The notes beneath the pieces were generated by a model, which saw only the letters and a list, made by a program, of their open reading frames with translations, made no database searches and was not told the DNA's origin. Made by a program: the position numbers and the translations under genes. Positions 27,036 through 37,235 of a stretch of DNA of 64,000 nucleotides are shown piece by piece (positions within the stretch are counted from its first letter, which is position 1; each line of letters starts with the position of its first letter). Origin of the DNA: Candidatus Pacearchaeota archaeon (GTDB lineage: Archaea; Nanobdellota; Nanobdellia; Pacearchaeales; GW2011-AR1); the NCBI GenBank assembly GCA_041648455.1, contig JBAZOZ010000002.1, forward strand, positions 1,531 through 65,530. The letters are read 5' to 3'.

Positions 27036-28310
27036 TTATAATTTTTGCGGTAAATTTTTGATTAAATAAACTTCATCGCCTTTTCGAACTAAAAGAATTT
27101 TGATTCCAACTTCCTGTCCTTTATTTGCGGTTTTAATTGGCTTGTTTTTTATTTCCATAGTTTCTATCTTTGAATTCAAGATTCCGGTTGTGTTTCCAAT
27201 TACGGAAATTTTATCTCCAATTTTAACTGAAGAAGATAATTTTATTGCGGCTACATTTATTTTTGGATAGTAATGCAGGACTTTTCCTACGAAATGTTTT
27301 TTTTCTGTTGCTTCGGAATGTTCAATTCTTGCAAAATCGTCTGGCGTCGGTAAACCAAGGTAAAATCCAGAGGAGAATCCTTTATTGTAAACTTTTTTTA
27401 ATTCTTCTAGAGATTCCCGAATTTCTCTTTCAGAAAGTTTTTTGTCGAGGGCTTTTCTATAAATTCTAATAACTGTTTCAACATATCTTGGGTCACGATT
27501 TCTTCCTTCAATTTTGAAAGATTTTATTCCTGCTTTTTTCATTTCTTCAATAAAAGGCAAGGTGCATAAATCTTTTGCTGACATTATCTTATCGTTTTCT
27601 AATTCTAATTCATAGCCTTCTTGCTTGTCTTTTACAATGTAGCCTCTTCTGCATGGATGCAAACACTCCCCGCGATTTGCAGATTTATTGAATAAGAATT
27701 GAGAAGTGAAACATCTTCCGGAAATTGAGACGCACATTGCTCCGTGTGCAAAACATTCTATGTCAATTATTTTTGAGATTTTCTTAATTTGTTTTAGATT
27801 TAATTCTCTTGCTAAGATAATTCTTTTTGCTCCGAGTTTTTTGTAGAATCTCGCTGTTTCTGAATTTGCAACAGATGCTTGAGTTGAAATAAAGAAAGGA
27901 ATTTTGTATTTTTTGCAGAGTTGAACAACAGCCAAATCCCAGCAAATCACAGCATCGACTTTTCCTTTAATTTCTTTAATTATTTTCTCAATTTTCTCCA
28001 ATTCTTCATCGTAGATTATTGTGTTCAGAGTCAAATACATTTTTACTTTTCTTTTGTCTTTTCCATTGCTGCAGATTTTTCTTATTTCATCTAAATCATT
28101 CAATGTGAAATTTTTTGCATTTGCCCGCATTGAGAAATCTTGCAGTCCGAAATAAACTGCGTCAGCTCCGGCATTCACCGCTGCAATTAAATTTGGAAAA
28201 CTTCCTGCTGGTGCGAGCAATTCAAAACCTCGCGGTTTTGTATCCCGACGCGAATTCTTTTCTTTGCCTCCGATAGAATTCTTCACAGCAAATTCGTATT
28301 TGGATTTCAT
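27036..28310 (-). CDS. Peptidase U32 family protein
   Basis: ELLAPAGS, AGADAVYFG, ...DAVI..D and CFAHGAMC motifs. Confidence 0.8.
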   Translation of the reverse strand: MKSKYEFAVKNSIGGKEKNSRRDTKPRGFELLAPAGSFPNLIAAVNAGADAVYFGLQDFSMRANAKNFTLNDLDEIRKICSNGKDKRKVKMYLTLNTIIYDEELEKIEKIIKEIKGKVDAVICWDLAVVQLCKKYKIPFFISTQASVANSETARFYKKLGAKRIILARELNLKQIKKISKIIDIECFAHGAMCVSISGRCFTSQFLFNKSANRGECLHPCRRGYIVKDKQEGYELELENDKIMSAKDLCTLPFIEEMKKAGIKSFKIEGRNRDPRYVETVIRIYRKALDKKLSEREIRESLEELKKVYNKGFSSGFYLGLPTPDDFARIEHSEATEKKHFVGKVLHYYPKINVAAIKLSSSVKIGDKISVIGNTTGILNSKIETMEIKNKPIKTANKGQEVGIKILLVRKGDEVYLIKNLPQKL

Positions 28311-28408
28311 AAATCAACTAGAATGAGAAGATTTAAAAATTTATTCAAATAAAATTAAATGAAATAATTAAAAACAAACCCCTTTTCTTTAATCTATGAA
28401 TAAAAAAA

Positions 28409-28753
28409 TTGGTGCTAAAATGTCTCAATCACCTAAATTTATTTCCAAATTATTCCACACTTTCTTTTCCAATTAAAAAATCATCTCCTGAATCAGTAAG
28501 AACAAAATTTATTTTTGCTGAAAGTGATCCTATTATTTATCGGGCGTCTCCTAAAGAAGGTGTTATGAAAAGATTCGTAAATTATTTTTCTGGGGTTCCG
28601 AATTCAGAGGTAGTGGTAATTCCTGGAGATCATGGATTTAATAATTCAAATAATCCAAGTGGTCCAAATAGAAAGAGAGTACAACAATTCAATATAAATA
28701 ATACAGATAGATTGATTAACGAAATAAGAGATTATATAGAAAAAGTTAAATAG
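28409..28753 (+). pseudogene. Possible alpha/beta-hydrolase C-terminal fragment (VVVIPGDHGF); likely a remnant
   Basis: ORF track; only a weak motif. Confidence 0.2.
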
Positions 28754-29022
28754 TCTATTTTCTAAGATTTTTTATGACAGCTAATTATCGGCATCACGAG
28801 TAGAGAATTTGATTTCTTTAGCTGTGCGTTTTCTGAAGACAATATTTTTATACCATATTCAACTGAATTAAATGATAGATGCTTTGCGATTTCCAGCGGA
28901 GGCAATTTAAGAAATCGTTTTCCGCGTCGAGAAGGAAGTTGATTGCCTCAAGAATGAAAATTCTTGATGGTGTTCAGGAATCTTTGATTCCTGACATAAA
29001 GAAACCGCAGGTATCTTACAAT

Positions 29023-29094
29023 GGCGATTGTAGTTTAACGGTAGAATGTGTGACTGTGGCTCGCAAGACGAGGGTTCGACTCCCTCCTTTCGCC
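29023..29094 (+). tRNA. tRNA-His(GTG) with encoded G-1 and C73
   Basis: g-GCGATTG-TA-GTTT-AACGGTA-GAAT-G-TGTGA-CTGTGGC-TCGCA-AGAC-GAGGG-TTCGACT-CCCTC-CTTTCGC-C. Anticodon and T stems pair; the acceptor has two U-U mismatches (5-68, 6-67). Confidence 0.55.
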
Positions 29095-29305
29095 CTTTCA
29101 GTCGTGAGTCGAATAAAAAAGGAGAAACAAAGATGAAAAAAATAAAATATTCAATTGCAAAATCTGGGCTGTGCCTTTGCACAGACGGAATTAAAGATTT
29201 TGCAAATATAGAAAATACAGAAATCGAAGATTTCTGTCCTTACAAAACAGGAAGTTTTGAAAGTAGGAAATTTTCTATCTCATTAAAATTCAGGAGAATT
29301 TTAAG

Positions 29306-29707
29306 ATGAAAATCTTATTTGTCTGCAAGCACAACAGATTTAGAAGCAAGGTAGCTGAAGCATATTTCAATAAAATAAATAAAAACAAGAATATTAAAGT
29401 AGCAAGTGCCGGAATTTTCAAGGGGTTTCCAACTGAACCCATCGTCGTTAAAATTGGAAAAAGATACGGATTAAATATAAACAAAAATACAAATGGGTTA
29501 AAAGAAGAAGCAGTTAAAAAGATTGATTTATTGATAATTGTAGCGAATGACGTTCCTGCATATTTATTTAAAAGCAAAGTAAAGAATATCCTTGTCTGGA
29601 AAATTCGTGATGCAAATTCCCTCGATAAAAAAGAAATTGAAAAGATTATGAAAAAAATATTTAAGAAGATTGATGAATTAAATAGAAAAATAGGGAAACT
29701 AAAATGA
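29306..29707 (+). CDS. Low-molecular-weight protein tyrosine phosphatase / ArsC-like
   Basis: ILFVCKHNRFRS (CX5R P-loop) at the N-terminus. Confidence 0.75.
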   Translation: MKILFVCKHNRFRSKVAEAYFNKINKNKNIKVASAGIFKGFPTEPIVVKIGKRYGLNINKNTNGLKEEAVKKIDLLIIVANDVPAYLFKSKVKNILVWKIRDANSLDKKEIEKIMKKIFKKIDELNRKIGKLK

Positions 29708-30840
29708 CAAACACCGATGCTGTTAAAGGATTCAAAGATTATACTGGAGAAGAAGCAATTAAGAGAGAAGAAATCAGAAAAATATTAGTTGGAACTTTTG
29801 AAAATTATGGATTTGAGCCTGCCGAAACTCCGATAATCGAATATGAAGAATTTGTCAAAGGTGATAATAAACACGACGAGGCTGTTTCAGATATTTTCAG
29901 ATTAGAAGATAAGGGAAAAAGAAAGCTCGCACTAAGATATGAATTTACATTTCAATTAAAAAGAATTATGCAAAATAAAAAACTCCCATACAAGAGATAT
30001 CAAATCGGTCCGGTGTTTAGAGATGAGCCAATATCTGCCAATAGGTTTAGACAATTTATTGCGTGTGATGCAGATATTATTGGGAGCGATATAAAAGATG
30101 AAGCAGAAATTTTAGCAATTATAAAGACTATTTTAGAAAAATTAGGAATTAATTTTATTATTTATTTTAATAATAGAAAATTATTGAACGAAATCCTTGA
30201 TAAATATAAAGTTAAAGAAAATAACAAAGACGATGTTATTCGAGAATTGGACAAATTGGATAAGATTTCTGAGGAAGAAGTAAAAAAGGGATTAAAAAAG
30301 TATAATGCAGAGAAAATTATTGATATTTTAAAAAATAAGGAAAGCTTTTTTGAAAAATTCTCTAACTATAAAGAAGTTGAAGAGCTTAAAAGATATTGTA
30401 AATATTATGGTGTAGAAGTTAAATTTTTACCGATGCTGGCGAGAGGTTTGAGCTATTATAACGGGAATGTTTTTGAAGTTAAATCGAGTATAAAAGAAAC
30501 AATCTGTGGTGGTGGGAGTTTTATGTTCAATGGAGTTCAAGCAACAGGATTCGGAACCGGTTTGGAGAGACTGGAAATCTTATCGAATTTAAAAAATGAA
30601 AAAGAAAGATTCTTGATTGTCTCTCTTGGAAAAGATAAAAAAGCAATTGAATTAGCGGAAAAATTTAGAGAAAAAAATAAAATAATTTCAATTTATTACG
30701 GCAAACCATCGAAAGCGCTGGATTATGCAAATGCTTATAATTTTAATAAAGTAATCTTCGTCGGAGAAAAGGAAGTAAAATCCAAGAAATTCAAGATTAA
30801 GGATATGAAAACTGGAAAAGAAAGTTTGTTGAATATTTAG
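29704..30840 (+). CDS. hisS: Histidyl-tRNA synthetase
   Basis: Class II motifs (GFKDY..EE, FE.YGFEPAETPIIE, RYEFTF) and GLERL. Confidence 0.85.
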   Translation: MTNTDAVKGFKDYTGEEAIKREEIRKILVGTFENYGFEPAETPIIEYEEFVKGDNKHDEAVSDIFRLEDKGKRKLALRYEFTFQLKRIMQNKKLPYKRYQIGPVFRDEPISANRFRQFIACDADIIGSDIKDEAEILAIIKTILEKLGINFIIYFNNRKLLNEILDKYKVKENNKDDVIRELDKLDKISEEEVKKGLKKYNAEKIIDILKNKESFFEKFSNYKEVEELKRYCKYYGVEVKFLPMLARGLSYYNGNVFEVKSSIKETICGGGSFMFNGVQATGFGTGLERLEILSNLKNEKERFLIVSLGKDKKAIELAEKFREKNKIISIYYGKPSKALDYANAYNFNKVIFVGEKEVKSKKFKIKDMKTGKESLLNI

Positions 30841-30853
30841 CGGAGAAAAATCA

Positions 30854-31519
30854 CTAATCTATATCTAATTCCATTCTCCAAGAATTCTTTTCTCCGGAAA
30901 TTTTCTTATCTATTATTTTTAAAGATTTTTCAAAAAGCGGGCAATCCAGGACAAAGGTTTCAAATTCGCCACCTTCGCCTGCAGGATGAATTTTATACTT
31001 TTCTTTAAGTATTATAGCATCATCTATGAATTTTCTATTAATTTCTCTTCCGAGCCATTTGTCATCGAGGGGATATGCAGCAACCCCAATAATTATGATT
31101 TTAAATTTCGCTTCGACGAGTTCGTTAAGATATTCTATCTCATCTTTTTGCCAAAGAGGATTTAAGTTTTTTAATCCTAATTTATCACAGATTTTCTTGA
31201 TTCTCGAAGATTGATAAACGCTTTTCAGTGCACCTGTAACAATTCCTTCAATTTTGTATTTTTTAATTGCTAATTTAATTGATTTTTCTAAATCCTTTAA
31301 TTCTAATTCTTTTTCTCCTTCAGTTTTTTGAATTATCAATGGAATGTTCATAACCTCTGCCTGTTTTTTTGTCATTTTTATCGACGGAGTATGAAACATA
31401 AATGAATCTTTATTCTCTGAGAAAATTGATATAAGACAAGCTATTTCGTTTCCAAATTTTTTTGCTAAATAAGCAGCGTAAGTTGAATCTTTTCCGCCAG
31501 AAAAGAGAATGCCGAGTTT
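30854..31519 (-). CDS. PP-loop ATPase of the diphthine-ammonia ligase (Dph6/MJ0570) family
   Basis: LFSGGKDS and EGGEFETFV motifs; start at MKLGILF (31519). Confidence 0.7.
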   Translation of the reverse strand, partial: KLGILFSGGKDSTYAAYLAKKFGNEIACLISIFSENKDSFMFHTPSIKMTKKQAEVMNIPLIIQKTEGEKELELKDLEKSIKLAIKKYKIEGIVTGALKSVYQSSRIKKICDKLGLKNLNPLWQKDEIEYLNELVEAKFKIIIIGVAAYPLDDKWLGREINRKFIDDAIILKEKYKIHPAGEGGEFETFVLDCPLFEKSLKIIDKKISGEKNSWRMELDID

Positions 31520-31735
31520 CATAAATTGAAAAATGAAGCAGGGATTTAAAAATATTGCTCCTCTCATGTCTTAATTTTATTATTGATTAAGATTGCAAAA
31601 TCAAAACACTCGGCCAGAAAGTTCAAGGCTTTCCACTAAAAGATTGTTAATGGATTAATTCTTTGTATGCTTTGCTACTATCGGTTATCTAATTAATATT
31701 TCAAACAAAAAACTCTTATCTAAATTGAATGATTC

Positions 31736-32644
31736 TTAAACATTTCCAATTGGATTTTCAAACTTTTCTTCTATTTCCTCTAACCTTTCCATTTGTTCTT
31801 CGTCTAAATTCTCGAGTTCTTTTTCAAGTTCTTCTTTCAAATCGGCAAATGGATCGCCATTATATTCAATATAAGTTTGTTTCATCCAAATATCGATTTC
31901 TCCAAAATGTTCTTTCTGGTCCAGCCATATTTTTTTCTGGTTTTCTAAATGCAAAAGGGGAGAAAAAGAAACAATTCTCTCTTCTTTGTTATCTCCTATA
32001 AAATTGGTGTAAGAAATCTTTTTTCTTGCCTCATCTTCTTTAAAATGTTTTAAAAGATTCTCGTATATTTCTCTTATTTTATTTTTTATAGAGAAATTTA
32101 TTTTTGGCAGAGAAATTGAAGATTCTCTTAACGCGTTTTTGTTTATAATTTCCTTTTTTATTCTTCTATTTTCGGTAATTATCGCCTTGTTAAGAGATTC
32201 CATTAATTCTTTTAATGTAACTTTTTTGAACCGAGGCATTGGACTTCTCGGAATAAGTTCAGGAATTTCTTCTTCTAGTTCTATTCTTTCCATAAGATAT
32301 TTTTTTTCTTCTTTTTTTCCAAAAAGAATTTCGTCAACGCTTTTGATGTATTTGTTCAAAAGTATTTCGGATTTGATTCTTAGCAAAAGTGCGGCCGCTA
32401 ACAAGACTTTGCTTGATATAAAAAAATCCATTTCTTCCAATTCTTCTATCTTTTTCAAATATTTATCTGTTAAAATAATTATATTTACATCCCACGGATC
32501 TAATTGTTCTGTATTTATTAAATCATAAATAATTTCCTGCCAGCCAATTTCTCTGCTAAAAAGTAAATCTTGAATTTGATCTTGTTTTATATTTCGTTTT
32601 TCTGCAGAAACACTCTCTTTTATCATATATGTTAAAGAAGACAA
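31736..32644 (-). CDS. scpA: Segregation and condensation protein A (ScpA kleisin)
   Basis: N-terminus WQEIIYDLINTEQLDPWDVNI. Confidence 0.7.
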   Translation of the reverse strand: MSSLTYMIKESVSAEKRNIKQDQIQDLLFSREIGWQEIIYDLINTEQLDPWDVNIIILTDKYLKKIEELEEMDFFISSKVLLAAALLLRIKSEILLNKYIKSVDEILFGKKEEKKYLMERIELEEEIPELIPRSPMPRFKKVTLKELMESLNKAIITENRRIKKEIINKNALRESSISLPKINFSIKNKIREIYENLLKHFKEDEARKKISYTNFIGDNKEERIVSFSPLLHLENQKKIWLDQKEHFGEIDIWMKQTYIEYNGDPFADLKEELEKELENLDEEQMERLEEIEEKFENPIGNV

Positions 32645-32966
32645 GGTTTTATAAAATGTTTGTGTTTTAAATGATAGATTAATTATTTAGTAGTTTGTAT
32701 ATTAAATTAAAGTAGTTAGTATATTCGAATGTTCAAATTGTAACTTCGAAAGGGCTAACAAACAAATATTTACTACTATATATTGAAAACCCTATGTCAT
32801 TTTATAAGAGTAACATAAGCGAAAGATTTATATACTATTAAGTGTTATGAAATCTATCACCTCTTTTTCCCCAGGAGAAGCTTCAGGTCGTACTATTTGT
32901 TTGGCTTGAAGAATCTCCCAGGGTTTATCGCATGCAGACGAGAGTCTCGAAGAATTTGATAAAAAT

Positions 32967-33209
32967 ATGAGGGAAAATATTTCTGAAAAAGTTTTTAAAG
33001 ATGAGAAGATTAGAAATAGGATGGAAGTAATGGATAGTAATTCTGTTGAAAGATTAAAAGAAGAAAATAAAGAACTAAAGATAGCTCTTAGTCTTTGTTT
33101 GAACAAGCCACTTGTAAAAAGATTATCTGAGGCTGTTAAAAGAATTGATGACGGAGAATATTATTCCGAAGAAGAATTTTTTAAGAATTCTCGTCAATTA
33201 GCTGCTTAA
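32967..33209 (+). CDS. Possible antitoxin-like small protein, convergent and overlapping the RelE-like gene
   Basis: C-terminus KRLSEAVKRIDDGEYYSEEEFF is typical of RelB/ParD-type antitoxins. Orientation is atypical. Confidence 0.3.
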   Translation: MRENISEKVFKDEKIRNRMEVMDSNSVERLKEENKELKIALSLCLNKPLVKRLSEAVKRIDDGEYYSEEEFFKNSRQLAA

Positions 33210-33501
33210 TTTTATCTTTAGTTAATTGTTTAAGATATTTATTACATTCGTCTTTATGCTCCAAACCAATTAATAAAACTCTGACTTCATTATCCTGAAC
33301 AAGATAAAAAATTCTAAACATTTGAACATGCAACTCATAAAGATTTGCAAAATATCTCAAGGGTTTTCCAATTTCTTTTGGATATTCTTTTAATCTTCTT
33401 ATTTTCTTTTCTGCTTCTATTTGTATTGAATTATCTAATTTCCAAAACTCTTTTGCAAATTTCTTGTCGAATATTAATTTATATTCCATCTCTAACCTCA
33501 T
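33181..33501 (-). CDS. RelE/ParE-family toxin
   Basis: MEYKLIFDKKFAKEFWKLD...FRIFYLVQDNEVRVLLIGLEHKDE. Confidence 0.65.
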   Translation of the reverse strand: MRLEMEYKLIFDKKFAKEFWKLDNSIQIEAEKKIRRLKEYPKEIGKPLRYFANLYELHVQMFRIFYLVQDNEVRVLLIGLEHKDECNKYLKQLTKDKIKQLIDENS

Positions 33502-33740
33502 TTAATTTTAGGATTAAGATTGAGAGATTTATAAAATATTTGTATGATGAAATTGAAGAAGTGAAAAAGAACAATAATGTTATACTTGTTTACACAAAGT
33601 AGATATGTTTTTTGACCAGACTTTTAAACACATTTTATCTTACAGGTTTTAAGTAAATTCTTACTAGAATGTTTAACAATCAACGTTATTTCATATGAGA
33701 CAAAAATACACACTTCTTTGCTTCTTTTTTAAAAGAAGAT

Positions 33741-34298
33741 TTAACTGGCAACTTGATTTAGATACTCGGCTAATTGCTTCATATCGTCTGGCTTTCCTTC
33801 TAATTCTGAATAATATTTGTTATCCATCTCAAAATAAAATTTATTTACAAAATCAATAGTTTTCCTGTAATTCTCCCCGCCTTCTTTCTCTACTAATTTA
33901 TTAAAAAGCGCAATATACTTCATTAAATCTTCAATTAGTTCTTTTATCTCTGTTTCTTCTCTAAAATTAGACTTGTTGTCAAGTTCTAAATACAACTTAT
34001 CTAAGAACTCAATAGTTTCTTTGTAATTTTCAATTCCCCTCTTTCGCACTAGCTTATAAAAAGCACAAGCATATTCAGTCAAAGCCCTTGTTAATTCTCT
34101 AATTTCAGGATTCTTGATTCTAGGTATTTCCTTTTGGAATCTGTCCATATCATCAAGTTCTTTCTTGATTGTTTCTTGAAAAGTTTGATTTTTAATTTTT
34201 GAGCGCAAAATAATCCCATGCTCCACTAGACCTTTGTGAAACCCTTTTAGTCCTTTCAGCATTCTTTCGTTCAATTTTGGCGTTTGTATTTTATGCAT
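33741..34298 (-). CDS. Hypothetical protein with internal repeats (185 aa)
   Basis: Repeated blocks ENYKETIEFLDKLYLELDNK and ENYRKTIDFVNKFYFEMDNK. Confidence 0.4.
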   Translation of the reverse strand: MHKIQTPKLNERMLKGLKGFHKGLVEHGIILRSKIKNQTFQETIKKELDDMDRFQKEIPRIKNPEIRELTRALTEYACAFYKLVRKRGIENYKETIEFLDKLYLELDNKSNFREETEIKELIEDLMKYIALFNKLVEKEGGENYRKTIDFVNKFYFEMDNKYYSELEGKPDDMKQLAEYLNQVAS

Positions 34299-34475
34299 TT
34301 TACCAGTTCCAACTACCCTTATTTGCTTCCAAGAAAGACAAAAAGAAATTATCTTTCTTCAGATTCTGCCTTAAGCTCAGAAAACTTCTCGTTTGACATA
34401 GATGTTTCTACCAAACCAACATGGAAGTTTTCAAGACCTTCCAGCATTTCCCGATTAAATCCACAAAAGGGCATT

Positions 34476-34790
34476 TTATTTTTTCTCCTCGTTTCTCTTA
34501 TCGATTTCGTCGAGCCACTCTTGATGAGAATTACTATAATATCCACCTTTCTCTTTGGAGTATCTTGAATCTTCCATTGCAACAGCTATTGCTAAAGGAG
34601 CAAGTATAGAAGCCAGAAGCATATGTGATACTGGTCCAACATATCCAATCATTCTTTCTGCAAAGTTTGAAGATTTACGTAACCTTGCACCATTCTCCAG
34701 ATGGGATCTATTTACCTCATTGAATCTATTTAATGCAAACTCCAATCTTGAATTGAATACTCTTAGTTCTGGTCTGTCTTCATTTAACAT
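34476..34790 (-). CDS. Hypothetical protein (104 aa)
   Basis: ORF track. Overlapping ORF 34349..34582 may instead be real, since its N-terminus resembles that of 33741..34298. Confidence 0.3.
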   Translation of the reverse strand: MLNEDRPELRVFNSRLEFALNRFNEVNRSHLENGARLRKSSNFAERMIGYVGPVSHMLLASILAPLAIAVAMEDSRYSKEKGGYYSNSHQEWLDEIDKRNEEKK

Positions 34791-34908
34791 TTCATTTCTC
34801 TATACATTTAATTAATATTCTAATATTATTCCTATATATAAAACCTTCTTAGTTATTATCTTACAAAAACGAAATATTTATATACTAATAATGATTATAT
34901 GTATAATT

Positions 34909-35877
34909 ATGATTAAATTGGATGCTTTTGATAGAAAAATCTTAGAAATTCTTCTGAAAAATGCAAGAGAGCAAATAACAACAATAGCAAAGAAAATAAA
35001 ATTGGGAAGGGAAAATGTTAATTACAAAATTAATAGATTGATTAAAGAAGGAATAATAAAAGAACCCTTGACTATTTTTGATGAGGATAACTTAAGGTTA
35101 TCCCGTTATGTTTTGTTTGTTGAACTGATAAAGTTACAAGAAGATTCAGAAAGAAAAATAATTGGGGATTTAAAAAATTCTAAATATATTAGTTGGATTG
35201 GAATTAACGCTGGAAAATGGAGCCTGATTTTTGATGTAATTATAAAAGAAAAAGATGATTTAGATAAAATTGTAAATGATTTTCTAGACAAATTTGGCAG
35301 ATTTATTGGAGATTATGTAATCCTAAATTCAAAAGAAATGGGATATTATCCTGAAAAAATGTTAGAATTGAATTATAAAGAGCAGGCTATTAAAAAAACT
35401 AAAAATGTAAAACTTGATAAAACAGACATTGGGATATTATCTATTTTGAATGAAGATGCGTGGAGAAATTATGTTAAAATTGCTGAAAAGATTGGATTAA
35501 CACCTAATGCGATTAATAATAGGATTAAAAATTTAGAGCGAAATGGGGTTATTATTGGTTATACAATCTCACTTGATTGGAAAAAATTGGGATGGGAATT
35601 GTATGGTCTACAGTTAAAGATTATAGGATTTAAAAACGATATTAATAATAAGTTAATCTCTCATTTCAAGAAGAATAGTAAAGTCATTTTCTACTACAAG
35701 TATCTTGGTGGTGTTTGGGATTATGATATAGGAATTATTGTAAAAGATTCTGAAGAATTGAGGGAATATATTAATGAATTTAGGGCTTCTTTTTCTGATT
35801 TTGTTAAAATCTCAGATGCATCTGCAATATTAAAAGAAGTTACTGGGTATAAGCTTCCGAAAGGAGTTTTTGATTAA
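34909..35877 (+). CDS. Tandem Lrp/AsnC-like transcription regulator (two HTH plus RAM-like modules)
   Basis: LDAFDRKILEILLKNAREQITTIAKKIKL...VNYKINRLIKEGII and DKTDIGILSILNEDAW...NAINNRIKNLERNGVIIGY. Confidence 0.6.
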   Translation: MIKLDAFDRKILEILLKNAREQITTIAKKIKLGRENVNYKINRLIKEGIIKEPLTIFDEDNLRLSRYVLFVELIKLQEDSERKIIGDLKNSKYISWIGINAGKWSLIFDVIIKEKDDLDKIVNDFLDKFGRFIGDYVILNSKEMGYYPEKMLELNYKEQAIKKTKNVKLDKTDIGILSILNEDAWRNYVKIAEKIGLTPNAINNRIKNLERNGVIIGYTISLDWKKLGWELYGLQLKIIGFKNDINNKLISHFKKNSKVIFYYKYLGGVWDYDIGIIVKDSEELREYINEFRASFSDFVKISDASAILKEVTGYKLPKGVFD

Positions 35878-35978
35878 AATGTAAGGCAAGATCTAAGATA
35901 TTTAGAACAAAAGTTCTTAATTTTATGGTAAAAAATAGTATACGCTCGTTTACACCGAGCATATCAAAAAGATTTTAT

Positions 35979-36194
35979 TTATTCTTTTTTACTTGTGAAT
36001 TCTGAATAATGACATTTACCGCAATACAATCTTTCTTTAGAATTCATTAAAAATACCCCCGGACCGCATCTTGGACAAGTTCTCTCTCGTATTATTTTAT
36101 TGCCTTCAATTTTATATTTAGTATATTTCTTGCTTGTTGGTTTGTTCTTGTGCTTTTTCTTTCCTTTTTTGTTTGATTTTTTTGTTTTTGCCAT
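35979..36194 (-). CDS. rps27ae: Ribosomal protein S27ae
   Basis: [24 protein letters not shown]. Confidence 0.8.
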   Translation of the reverse strand: MAKTKKSNKKGKKKHKNKPTSKKYTKYKIEGNKIIRERTCPRCGPGVFLMNSKERLYCGKCHYSEFTSKKE

Positions 36195-36206
36195 GCTATT
36201 TTATTT

Positions 36207-36488
36207 TCATCCTAAAAATTCTCCAAATATCTTTTCACCTTTTTCATACCAATTCTCCCTATTAAATGCCAATCCATATCCCTGAAGTGAAATCGCTTTC
36301 CATCCGTTTTTTGTTATTTCTAAATCTTTTGATCTATTAAATAATAATGATGAAGCAAGATTTGTTATTAAATAGGCTGGCGCCGGTAAAATTGTTATTA
36401 ACCCCCCAATAGTTATTCTTTCTAAAAGATTAAAGTGGTTTGCTGTCCATTCTTTTCTTCCAACCCCCGTTCCTGTTCCTTCACCCAT
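36207..36488 (-). CDS. Hypothetical protein inserted between S24e and S27ae genes
   Basis: ORF track; start adjusted to MGEGTG to limit overlap. Confidence 0.4.
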   Translation of the reverse strand: MGEGTGTGVGRKEWTANHFNLLERITIGGLITILPAPAYLITNLASSLLFNRSKDLEITKNGWKAISLQGYGLAFNRENWYEKGEKIFGEFLG

Positions 36489-36489
36489 T

Positions 36490-36831
36490 TTATTCATTAA
36501 CCTCTTCAGATTTATTTTCTTCAATCACATTTTTTTTCATTCTTTCCATCCTAGTTTTCTTTTCAGCTTCTCTTTGCTTTTTAGTTTTTATTTCACTTTT
36601 TTCCTTATCTTCCATTGATTCGTAGATATTCGCTTTAATTTTGAATGTTTTTGATCCGAATCTTCCCTCGATCTTTTGTGTTTTTATGTTCTCCACAGGT
36701 TTTGAAAATCTCTCTGATAATTTTTTATCAATTTCGATTATCTTTGGCGTGGTTTCCGAGTTTATCTCTGCTATTATTTCATTTCTTTTGAAAAGAGGAT
36801 TTTCTTTTTCATGAATAATTTTTAATTCCAT
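36490..36831 (-). CDS. rps24e: Ribosomal protein S24e
   Basis: MELKIIHEKENPLFKRNEI...GRFGSKTFKIKANIY. Confidence 0.8.
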   Translation of the reverse strand: MELKIIHEKENPLFKRNEIIAEINSETTPKIIEIDKKLSERFSKPVENIKTQKIEGRFGSKTFKIKANIYESMEDKEKSEIKTKKQREAEKKTRMERMKKNVIEENKSEEVNE

Positions 36832-36838
36832 TTTAGAA

Positions 36839-37027
36839 TTAACGAGTTTTGATTGCAAACTCGCCCTTGCTTTTTAATTTTAATTTCTGCGCGATTTCGG
36901 ATTTTTCTGGATCTAAAATAATTACTCTTCCTTTGAATCCTTCTGTTGATTCACGAGATTCACATTTAGGACATTTTTCTAATTCATGTATTGTACTGCA
37001 AATTTTGCATGCTTTTTGTTTTGCCAT
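36839..37027 (-). CDS. spt4: Transcription elongation factor Spt4 / RNAP subunit E''
   Basis: MAKQKACKICSTIHELEKCPKCES...GRVIILDPEKSEIAQKL. Confidence 0.8.
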   Translation of the reverse strand: MAKQKACKICSTIHELEKCPKCESRESTEGFKGRVIILDPEKSEIAQKLKLKSKGEFAIKTR

Positions 37028-37215
37028 TAAAAGAACCCCGCTGGTTTCCTCAGAAATTGAAAATTTCTGGGACATTCAAAATTTGCATTTTGAAGTTTTT
37101 GAACTTCCTCAAATTGTGGAACGGCGATATGAAAAACTTTATTGTTTTTCATCCTTCCGAAACAAGAAGTTTCGAAAGTTTTCAGAAATGCCTCCGACGA
37201 AAATTGCATAAGAAA
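37028..37215 (+). repeat. Second locus of the hairpin-plus-78-nt-unit element family, abutting the spt4 start codon
   Basis: ttaaaagaaccccgctggtttcc...tgaacttcctcaaattgtggaacggcgatatg...gcctccgacgaaaattgcataagaaaca parallels 1822..1940. Confidence 0.65.
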
Positions 37216-37235
37216 CAATTTATTTAATTTAATTA

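Noticed and set aside
32828-33106. Minus-strand ORF 32828..33106
   Set aside because: It is S/L/F low-complexity and antisense to a more plausible antitoxin-like ORF.
34349-34582. ORF 34349..34582 versus overlapping 34476..34790
   Set aside because: They overlap by 107 nt in different frames, so only one can be real. Neither has a recognisable motif. The shorter has an N-terminus paralogous to 33741..34298, so the choice is uncertain.
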